Source: an uncultured Spirochaetaceae bacterium (GTDB taxonomy: Bacteria; Spirochaetota; Spirochaetia; DSM-27196; SLST01). Taken from it: 64,000 nt of DNA. The DNA lies in assembly GCA_964458555.1 (NCBI GenBank), contig CAYWJH010000002.1, positions 25,021 through 89,020 on the forward strand. The letters are read 5' to 3'. The notes beneath the pieces were generated by a model. The model saw only the letters and a program-made list of their open reading frames with translations. It ran no database searches and had not been told where the DNA came from. Positions 28,125 through 35,184 of the stretch are shown piece after piece. Position 1 is the stretch's first letter, and every line of letters begins with the position of its first letter. The translations under genes and the position numbers were made by a program.

Positions 28125-28152
28125 TTTACATTTTTACCCGATCACATAGTAT
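28125..28152 (+). promoter_or_regulatory. sigma-70-like promoter TTTACA-N16-TAGTAT
   Basis: tttaca(28125-28130), 16-nt spacer, tagtat(28147-28152), in an AT-rich stretch. Confidence 0.35.
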
Positions 28153-28157
28153 GAGAG

Positions 28158-28238
28158 CAACAGAGCTTTGTCAAACTTGGCTCCTGCACTCATCCTCCCT
28201 GAATGTACCACGGACGGCGACGTTTCGCCGTCCGTTTT
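28158..28238 (+). ncRNA. candidate small RNA (~80 nt) or terminated 5' leader
   Basis: Bounded by the promoter above and the terminator at 28210-28238. Imperfect 5' hairpin cagagc...gctcctg; a single-stranded cactcatCCUCCCugaa (anti-SD-like) lies before the terminator. Confidence 0.3.
28210..28238 (+). terminator. Rho-independent terminator: 11-bp perfect stem acggacggcga/tcgccgtccgt, loop cgtt, then TTT
   Basis: Read directly. The U-tract is present only on the + strand. There is no + strand CDS upstream. Confidence 0.55.
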
Positions 28239-28363
28239 GGTCTCGCAAAGCGAACGACGCGTACCGGCTCGCCGGGGGGAGTGGCGACCGTTCGAGTAGA
28301 CCAATCCTCGCGCTCGTTGGTATACTCGCGATCGTCCGGGTGGACGACCCGGGAGGAGAGCCC

Positions 28364-28849
28364 ATGAAGAAGCTCAACTTTGTCGTTCTCGTGGCCGTGC
28401 TGCTCGCTCTCGTCGCGACCCCCGGAATCTCGCAGGTGACCCCGGAGGAGTTCGAACGAATCATCAACTTCGATGATTCCATTCGATCGCTCGCGACCCT
28501 CGTCCGCACCGGCGCCTACGACCGGATCGACGTGGACCGCTACTACGTCCTCGACGGATCCGTCGCCTCTACGCAGGTCTTCGATCCCAACCCCGAATCG
28601 TTCCAGGCGGTCATCGAGCTCGTCTCGAGCAGATGGATCGGCCTCGAGCGCATCGAGGCGTATCACGTCTACGTGCTCGTCGAGGGACCGGAGTACGCGG
28701 CCCGCATCCCGGAGCGGATGCCACGGGATCCGGGCCCCGAGATCATTCAGGTCAATCAGAAGGTGCTGGTCATCGGGCCGTTCATCGGCACGGCGATGCT
28801 CGACGCGTCCACCGAAGTAGCCGTCATCCAAACTGTCGCGCTGCGCTGA
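28364..28849 (+). CDS. small secreted hypothetical protein
   Basis: Start at M72 of ORF 28151..28849: MKKLNFVVLVAVLLALVATPGISQV (signal peptide), GGGAGGAG SD. Extended -10 TGgTATACT about 40 nt upstream. Confidence 0.7.
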   Translation: MKKLNFVVLVAVLLALVATPGISQVTPEEFERIINFDDSIRSLATLVRTGAYDRIDVDRYYVLDGSVASTQVFDPNPESFQAVIELVSSRWIGLERIEAYHVYVLVEGPEYAARIPERMPRDPGPEIIQVNQKVLVIGPFIGTAMLDASTEVAVIQTVALR

Positions 28850-28857
28850 CCAGGGCG

Positions 28858-29994
28858 TCACGCGAAGCTGAGATCCCCCGAACAGATCGTCTCCGATCTC
28901 GCATCCGCGAGAGCCCGCCAGACGACGTTGCGAAGCTCGCGGACGTTGCCCGGCCAGTCGTACCCGGAGAGCCGCTCGAGCGCGTCCGCGCCGAACCGCA
29001 CCGCGCGCGTGCGCACGCCCTCCTCGCGAAGCGCGCGAAGGAAGGAGGCCGCAAGCAGGGGGACGTCCTCACGCCGATCGCGAAGCGGCGGGATGAAGAG
29101 GCGGAAGACATCGATCCGGTAGAAGAGGTCCTCCCGGAAGCGCCCGTCGCTCATCAGCGATCGCAGGTTCCGATTCGTCGCCGCGAGGATGCGCGCGGTC
29201 GTGCGGCGTGCGGTCGACCCGCCCACGCGATAGTAGACGCCGGTCTCGAGCACGCGCAGCAGCTTTGCCTGCGCGGGCATACTCAGCTCGCCAATCTCGT
29301 CGAGGAGGAGCGTCCCGCCGCTGGCGAGCTCGAACGCTCCCGGACGCGTGATCGCGTCGGTAAAGGCACCGCGCTCGGTTCCGAACAGCTCCGCCTCGAC
29401 GAGGGTCTCCGGTAGCGCGCCGCAGTTGCGCGCCTCGAACCTGCCCGAGGCAACGGGCGAACGATCGTGAAGCGCGCGGGCGACGAGCTCCTTGCCCACG
29501 CCGCTCTCCCCCGTGACGACGACGGGGCCACGGTCGCAGGCGAACCGACGCACGTCTTTGCGGAGACGGGCCATCGCCTCGCTCGCGCCGACGATTTCCG
29601 GGACGGACGAGGGGCCGGTCGGGACAACGCGCGACTCCTGCCGCGCGAGCGCGCGCGTGACCGCGAGCTGCAGATCGCGCATCCGGATGGGGTGGGTGAC
29701 GACGTCGCACGCGCCGAGCTGAACGGCGTCGACCACGCTTCGCAGCTCGAGGTGATCGAGCACGGCGACCACCGGCGCGTCGCCGGCTCCGGTCCGCATG
29801 CGGCCGAGCAGGTCGAGCGCGCGCGGCTCGCCCGCCTCGAGGTTGAGGAACACGACGTCGGGCGCGTGGTCGCGCACGTAGTCGACGCCGAGCGTCGGGT
29901 GCTCGTAGTGATCAACACGGTGGTGGGAGCCGAGGAGATGCTTGATAACCCGGTAGGACGCCGTGCTCTTGTCGACTACTACTACTCGTGCCAT
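28858..29994 (-). CDS. sigma-54-dependent AAA+ activator (receiver-like domain plus AAA+; no C-terminal HTH)
   Basis: Start at M26 of ORF 28858..30069. [19 protein letters not shown] (Walker A), [13 protein letters not shown] (GAFTGA variant), [21 protein letters not shown], then only 18 more residues. Confidence 0.85.
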   Translation of the reverse strand: MARVVVVDKSTASYRVIKHLLGSHHRVDHYEHPTLGVDYVRDHAPDVVFLNLEAGEPRALDLLGRMRTGAGDAPVVAVLDHLELRSVVDAVQLGACDVVTHPIRMRDLQLAVTRALARQESRVVPTGPSSVPEIVGASEAMARLRKDVRRFACDRGPVVVTGESGVGKELVARALHDRSPVASGRFEARNCGALPETLVEAELFGTERGAFTDAITRPGAFELASGGTLLLDEIGELSMPAQAKLLRVLETGVYYRVGGSTARRTTARILAATNRNLRSLMSDGRFREDLFYRIDVFRLFIPPLRDRREDVPLLAASFLRALREEGVRTRAVRFGADALERLSGYDWPGNVRELRNVVWRALADARSETICSGDLSFA

Positions 29995-30085
29995 ATAAAA
30001 TCTCCAGTCGAATATTCTAAACCCGAGAACCACGGTCGTCAAGGAAACGTGATGACGAGCGGCCCGCAACCGGGTAAGCTCGGGT

Positions 30086-30532
30086 ATGAACCGGGGTCCC
30101 TTGCTTCACGGACTCGTCGACCCGGATCGCGTGCTGCGCCTGCTCTCGCTGGGACTTCTGGGCGCGTTGCTCATGCTCGCCGACGGATACGTGCTCATCA
30201 TCGTCTCGCGTCAGATCGGCATCTACCTGCTGATGGCGGCCGTCGCGTCGACGGGGTTGCTCGCGATCGTGCTCGCCGTCGCCGCCTACCGCGCGGAGAT
30301 CGATCTGATGTGGCGTGCCGTGCGCGAGGGGCGCTACCCGCGGCGCCACTTCCGACGTTTGATCGCCCTGCTCTCGGCGGCGATCCTGCTCATCGTCCCG
30401 GGATTCGTGACCGACGCGATGGGCGTGGTGCTCGCGATCCGCCCGTTCGGCTGGCCCCTCGGCGCGCTCGTCGAGCGGCGGAACCGAGACCGATTCCGCG
30501 AGCTCTACGAGTACCTCCGTCTGCACCAGTGA
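30086..30532 (+). CDS. fxsA: FxsA family membrane protein
   Basis: LMLADGYVLIIVSRQIG...LIVPGFVTDAMGVVLAIRPF is typical of FxsA. Confidence 0.8.
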   Translation: MNRGPLLHGLVDPDRVLRLLSLGLLGALLMLADGYVLIIVSRQIGIYLLMAAVASTGLLAIVLAVAAYRAEIDLMWRAVREGRYPRRHFRRLIALLSAAILLIVPGFVTDAMGVVLAIRPFGWPLGALVERRNRDRFRELYEYLRLHQ

Positions 30533-30533
30533 G

Positions 30534-31274
30534 TCAGAGTCGGAAGAGCTTGAAGACGCCGAGCAGCAGGAGAAACCAGAGGTAGACGAAGAACCGCAGC
30601 AACCGCCAGGGTCGCCGCACGAGGTCGGGCACGAAGTCGAGCCCGCGGCGGAAGACCACCCGGGAACCGCGCCGCCGGCGTTCGGCAAAGACCTCGAACA
30701 CCTCGGGCGCGTGGAGGAAGACGCTCGGGCTGAGCTCGCGCCGATGCCGCGAAACCCACCGGTCGCCGGCCGGCGCACCGGGGCCGATGAGTACGAAGTC
30801 GGGCGTCGCCTTCCGGATCGCGGTGATGATGTCGCTCTCGAGCTGCCGTCCGTAGTTGCCCGTATAGCGGCCGACGAGCCTCAGGCCGGGAAAGGTTTCG
30901 CGGAGGTTCTGCTCGACGGTGCGTAGCGACTGCGCGCTCCCGCCGAGGATATAGATCGATCTCGAACGGTCCTCCAGCGCTCCCAGGGTCCGAATCACGA
31001 AATCGAACGGCATATAGCGCCGCGGACGGACGCCGCGCAAGAAGCGGGCCGCTCCCGAAACGCTCTTGGAGAGCGGCAGTACGAGGTCGGCGTCGCGAAG
31101 GCACGCGCGGTACCCGCGGTCGCGCCGCGCGCGCATGAAGTCCCACCAGCGGATCAGAACGATCTGTGCGACGTCCGGCTTCTCGACGAGCCGATCGATC
31201 GTAGGCCCGATCTGGTCTTCCTCGAGCGCGTCCACGGCGACGCGCATGACGTCGAGTCGCCGGGCTCCGTTCAT
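30534..31274 (-). CDS. WecB/TagA/CpsF family glycosyltransferase
   Basis: Start at M36 of ORF 30534..31379 (ATGA overlap with the rsmE stop). IYILGGSAQSLRTVEQNLRETFPGLRLVGRYTGNY...PDFVLIGPGAPAGDRW. Confidence 0.8.
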   Translation of the reverse strand: MNGARRLDVMRVAVDALEEDQIGPTIDRLVEKPDVAQIVLIRWWDFMRARRDRGYRACLRDADLVLPLSKSVSGAARFLRGVRPRRYMPFDFVIRTLGALEDRSRSIYILGGSAQSLRTVEQNLRETFPGLRLVGRYTGNYGRQLESDIITAIRKATPDFVLIGPGAPAGDRWVSRHRRELSPSVFLHAPEVFEVFAERRRRGSRVVFRRGLDFVPDLVRRPWRLLRFFVYLWFLLLLGVFKLFRL

Positions 31275-32029
31275 GTCGTTGCGGGTTGCCACCAGTCGCG
31301 CTCCAGTATGAGGATTCGCATCGCCGCAGCCGCAAACAGCGCCGCGCTCTCCGAGCGGAGTACCTGCGGACCGAGCCACAGCGGGCTGAATCCCCGCTCG
31401 ATCAGCCCGTCGAGCTCGTCGCCCGAGAAGCCTCCCTCCGGCCCCACGACGAGCTCGATCCCGTTCGGAGTGTCGCCAAGATATCCGTGGAGCGAGGTCT
31501 GTGCAAGTGGTTCGGTATGCAATACGAGCGAGAGCGACTCGGGCGTCGCGGTCACCGTGGAGAGCTCACGAGGCTCGAAAACCTCGGCCGGACGGGCGGC
31601 ACCGCTCTGCTGAACAGCCTCGCGGGCGACGCGCCGCCATCGCTCGGTGCGCGAGGAGCCTCCGGAGGGGCGCACCACCGTACGTTCGGTGACGACCGGA
31701 CAGATTCGGGTGACGCCTGCCTGTACGAGCGCGCGGACGCTCTCGTCGAAGGTGCGTCCCTTCGGGATCGCCTGGTAGAGCGTGACCGGCGGCAGCGCAT
31801 CGCGTCGCCGCGCGGCGGCACGGTCGCCGGCCGGCTCGACGCGAGCGAGCAGCCGGCGGCCGTCGTCGTCGACGAGCTCGAGCGTCCAGCGAGCGCCCGC
31901 CTCGTCGATGGCACGAAGACGCGCGCCCGGTCGAAGGCGGAGCACGGTGGACAGGTAGTGGTAGTCGTCGCCGGTGATCGCGACCCGCCGGCCGGCAACG
32001 AGCGCCCCCGGCAGCTGGAGTTGCCGCAT
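31271..32029 (-). CDS. rsmE: 16S rRNA (uracil1498-N3)-methyltransferase
   Basis: Start at M75 of ORF 31271..32251. LYQAIPKGRTFDESVRALVQAGVTRICPV...RWRRVAREAVQQSG...VVGPEGGFSGDE...LGPQVLRSESA. Confidence 0.85.
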   Translation of the reverse strand: MRQLQLPGALVAGRRVAITGDDYHYLSTVLRLRPGARLRAIDEAGARWTLELVDDDGRRLLARVEPAGDRAAARRRDALPPVTLYQAIPKGRTFDESVRALVQAGVTRICPVVTERTVVRPSGGSSRTERWRRVAREAVQQSGAARPAEVFEPRELSTVTATPESLSLVLHTEPLAQTSLHGYLGDTPNGIELVVGPEGGFSGDELDGLIERGFSPLWLGPQVLRSESAALFAAAAMRILILERDWWQPATT

Positions 32030-33489
32030 CAGCGGCGGGGCACGTCGCCGCTGCGCAGCATCTCCACCGCCTCCTGGAGGACTACGTCGTACTCGAGGTC
32101 GTAGACGAGCTGCACGTTCGTCTGGCGATTGATCTCGTTGCGGATGGTCAGCTCGATCCACCGGTCGGGCAGATCGAAGCCGTCCTCCTGAAGCTGATCC
32201 GCGAAGCGCTCCACCTCGCTCGGCGATGGATCGGTATTCTCGCGAATCCACGCCGGGACGCGCTCGGAGGTGAGCAACTCCGCATACTCGGCAGCCTGTT
32301 CGTCGGTGAGCTCCGGCGGCTCGACGCCCCGGTCCGGGTCGACGCCGATTTCGTCGATGAAGCGACCGCTGGGCAGGTAGTACTTAGACATCGTCAGCCG
32401 GAACCCGCCGGTGCCGATCCTGCGGACCTGCTGCACCGAGCCCTTGCCGAAGGTCGTCTCGCCGATCAGGAAGGCCCGATCGCGGTCCTGCAGCGCCCCG
32501 GCGAGGATCTCCGAGGCGGATGCCGACCCGCCGTCGATCAGCACGACGACCGGTATGTCGTCGGGTATCTCGGTGCCTTGCGTGGCGGTGATCCGCTCGT
32601 TTTCGGTCGGCGAGCGGCCGGCGGTCCCGACGACCGTACCGCGGTCGAAGAAGAGATCGGCGATGTCGACGACCGCGGCGAGCAGCCCGCCCGGGTTCGA
32701 GCGAACGTCGATGATCATGCTCTCGTAGCCGTCTGCCTCGAACGAGTCGAGCGCCTCCTGGACGCGTTCGACGGTCTTGGGTGTGAAATTGGTGATCCGG
32801 AGGTAGCCGATGTTCTCCGGGATCGTCGCGTACTTCACCGTGGGGTACTCGATGATGTCCCGCTCGATTGTCACCTCGAACTCGGCGCGAGCGCCGCGGC
32901 GTATGCGGAGAACGACCCGCGTCCCCGGCGTACCGCGGATCATGTTGACGGCCTGGTCGAGCGTGAGCTCGGTCGTCACCGTGAACTCGTCGGCCTCCGC
33001 GTCGCGGATACCCACGATGAGGTCGCCGGGCCGCACGCCGGCCTCGTAGGCGGGGGTACCCTCGATGGGCGATACGACCTCGACGAACGCCGGGTCCTCC
33101 GAATCGTCTTCGCCCACCTGCTTGGTGATCGTCATGCCCACGCCGCCGAACTCGCCGGTCGTCACGTCGGTGAGGTCGCGCATCTCCTGCTCGTCGTAGT
33201 AAACCGAGTACGGGTCGTCGAGGCTCTCGAACATGCCTCGCAGCGCGCCGTCGAGCAGCTCGTCCGCGTCAACTTCCTCGACGTAGTTCTGCTCGATGAA
33301 CTTCATCACGCTCTCGAACACGTCGATGGCGCGGTCGGTCTGCGAGTATTCCTGCGAGAAGAGGCTGGGGGTCGCCGTGAGAACGAGGAGGAACGCGATC
33401 AAGAGCGCGCCCACCGACCCCCAGACGACGCGCTCGCGGCGCCTGCCCTTCTGTCTCGTGGTCTGCGAAGCCTGTTCGATGTCTTTCAT
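32029..33489 (-). CDS. S41 carboxyl-terminal processing peptidase (PDZ-containing)
   Basis: N-terminal TM anchor; GGVGMTI...SPIEGTPAYEAGVRPGDLIV (PDZ); VVLIDGGSASASEILAGAL...TFGKGSVQ (S41 catalytic region). Confidence 0.9.
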   Translation of the reverse strand: MKDIEQASQTTRQKGRRRERVVWGSVGALLIAFLLVLTATPSLFSQEYSQTDRAIDVFESVMKFIEQNYVEEVDADELLDGALRGMFESLDDPYSVYYDEQEMRDLTDVTTGEFGGVGMTITKQVGEDDSEDPAFVEVVSPIEGTPAYEAGVRPGDLIVGIRDAEADEFTVTTELTLDQAVNMIRGTPGTRVVLRIRRGARAEFEVTIERDIIEYPTVKYATIPENIGYLRITNFTPKTVERVQEALDSFEADGYESMIIDVRSNPGGLLAAVVDIADLFFDRGTVVGTAGRSPTENERITATQGTEIPDDIPVVVLIDGGSASASEILAGALQDRDRAFLIGETTFGKGSVQQVRRIGTGGFRLTMSKYYLPSGRFIDEIGVDPDRGVEPPELTDEQAAEYAELLTSERVPAWIRENTDPSPSEVERFADQLQEDGFDLPDRWIELTIRNEINRQTNVQLVYDLEYDVVLQEAVEMLRSGDVPRR

Positions 33490-33518
33490 GCCACCTCAAG
33501 TATACTTCCTATGGAACG

Positions 33519-34034
33519 ATGATTCTATTGACCGGGTCGTCCGGGCTCCGTACACTCCGCGGCATGGGCGGTCGCTCTCTGGTGTATGCCGGAGGAGGCA
33601 TCTGGTACCTCCTCCGTTTCGCGCTCGTCGCCCTGCTCGTCCTTCGTCTCGTGGACGACGATCCTCTCTTCCACCTCGATCTCCTGTGGGTTGGAGCCCC
33701 GGGCCTGCTGCTCGCCGCGCTCTTCGCCGGCTCCGCGTTCGTGGCCGGTGGCGAACGGTACTACCTGCCGCTTCTGCGCATCGGCGCGCTGCTCGCGGCT
33801 GCAAGCGACGCGATCGTCGTGCTGACGGGCAGCTATGCGCCGGTTGCCGTCCGGGCAGGCGGTGTTGAGTCCGAGCTCTCGCGACTCGTCTTCGTTATCG
33901 TGTACGGTGCGCTGGCCGTCGACTTGCTCATCTTCGCCGCCCTGGTATCATATCGACCCATGGACCCCTCCCGATCGCCGGATACGGACGAGCATCTGCC
34001 CGAGTACGAGTCGACTCGCGTGGAGGACGAGTAG
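33519..34034 (+). CDS. small polytopic membrane protein (hypothetical)
   Basis: About four hydrophobic helices (WYLLRFALVALLVL, GAPGLLLAALFAGSAF, LLRIGALLAAASDAIVVL, LVFVIVYGALAVDLLIFAAL). The start may be 33564. The TAG stop shares 1 nt with the next GTG. Confidence 0.6.
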   Translation: MILLTGSSGLRTLRGMGGRSLVYAGGGIWYLLRFALVALLVLRLVDDDPLFHLDLLWVGAPGLLLAALFAGSAFVAGGERYYLPLLRIGALLAAASDAIVVLTGSYAPVAVRAGGVESELSRLVFVIVYGALAVDLLIFAALVSYRPMDPSRSPDTDEHLPEYESTRVEDE

Positions 34035-35179
34035 TGCACATCATCCCGATCGCCAGCGGCAAGGGCGGCGTCGGCAAGTCGCTGCTCGCGGCCAATCTCG
34101 CGCTCGTGCTCGCCCGCATGGGACACCGGGTCGTGCTCGCAGACCTCGACTTCGGCGGCTCGAACCTCCACCTCATCCTCGGTATCCGCGGCGTGACGAC
34201 GGGTCTGGGCACCTTCCTCAACGCGAGCGGCGTCGCCTTCAACGACGTGATCCTCGACACCGAGTACGAGAACCTGCGGTTCATCCCGGGCGACGGCGAG
34301 GTCCCGGGGATCGCGAACCTCGGCTCAGGACAGAAGCGAAAGCTCATGAACCGGCTGAAGTCGGTCGACGCCGATTTCCTCGTACTCGACCTGGGGGCGG
34401 GGACGAGCTTCAACGTAATGGACTTCTTCCTGCTCTCGCGGCAGGGAATCGTGGTGACGACCCCCACCCCCACCGCGCTCGTGAACGCGTATCTCTGCAT
34501 CAAGAACGCGCTCTTCCGCCTGCTCACGACGCCGATCAAGCGGGGCAGCGAGGGCGACCGGCGATTGAAGGAGCTGACCCACAACCCGGAACACCTCCAG
34601 CGCGTTTACCTGCCGGAGCTCGTGAAGCGGATCGAGCAAGTGGCACCCGAGGAGGTGGCGGCGTTCCGCGAGAGCGCGGCTGCGTTCCGGCCCCGGGTCG
34701 TGTTGAACCTCCTCGACGACCCGTCGGACGTCGACAAGGTCACTCGCCTGCGGCGCAGCTGCACGCAGTACCTCGGGCTCGAGATCGAGCACCTCGGAGT
34801 GATGTACCGCGACGAGCTGCAGGACGTCTCGCTCAGCGCGCGGCTTCCCATCGTCCTCTACAAGCCGAACAGCGTGCTCTCGCAGGCGATCACGAGAATC
34901 GCGGAGAAGGTCATCGAGCTCTCCGCCGCCGACGGCGAGCACGGAGCCTGGCTCGACGCCGAGGAGAGCTTCGCCGACGCCTACGCGGAGGCAGAAAGCG
35001 ACTTCGAGGTGAGGACCGACTACGTGAACGAGCTGCTGCACACCGGCGCGCTGAGCCAGGGCGACCTGCTCGAAACGGTGAAGACGCAGCAGATCGAGAT
35101 CAACCAGCTGCGACGCGAGAACGATCTGCTGAAGGCAAAGATCGTACGCGCCGCGAACGCGGGGTACGACGTTCGGTAG
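34034..35179 (+). CDS. MinD/ParA/FlhG-like P-loop ATPase with a ~100-aa C-terminal extension
   Basis: GTG start; MHIIPIASGKGGVGKSLLAANLALVLARMGHRVVLADLDFGGSNLH (deviant Walker A). C-terminal coiled-coil QQIEINQLRRENDLLKAKIV. Confidence 0.85.
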   Translation: MHIIPIASGKGGVGKSLLAANLALVLARMGHRVVLADLDFGGSNLHLILGIRGVTTGLGTFLNASGVAFNDVILDTEYENLRFIPGDGEVPGIANLGSGQKRKLMNRLKSVDADFLVLDLGAGTSFNVMDFFLLSRQGIVVTTPTPTALVNAYLCIKNALFRLLTTPIKRGSEGDRRLKELTHNPEHLQRVYLPELVKRIEQVAPEEVAAFRESAAAFRPRVVLNLLDDPSDVDKVTRLRRSCTQYLGLEIEHLGVMYRDELQDVSLSARLPIVLYKPNSVLSQAITRIAEKVIELSAADGEHGAWLDAEESFADAYAEAESDFEVRTDYVNELLHTGALSQGDLLETVKTQQIEINQLRRENDLLKAKIVRAANAGYDVR

Positions 35180-35184
35180 AGACC

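Noticed and set aside
28106-28190. Sigma-54-like -24/-12 motifs: TGGCCGCGTTTGCG on the - strand upstream of the STAS gene (28106-28120), and TTGGCTCCTGCA on the + strand (about 28177-28188).
   Set aside because: The GG-to-GC spacing is 8 nt and 5 nt respectively, not the strict 10 nt of TGGCAC-N5-TTGC. Other intergenic regions (33490-33563, 45808-45915, 55071-55148) also fail on spacing or on the -12 GC.
28270-28310. tRNA-like T-arm fragment (gaccgttcgagtagacc) in the 28089-28363 intergenic region.
   Set aside because: No acceptor stem, D-arm or anticodon arm can be drawn around it. It is an isolated similarity to GTTCGA only.
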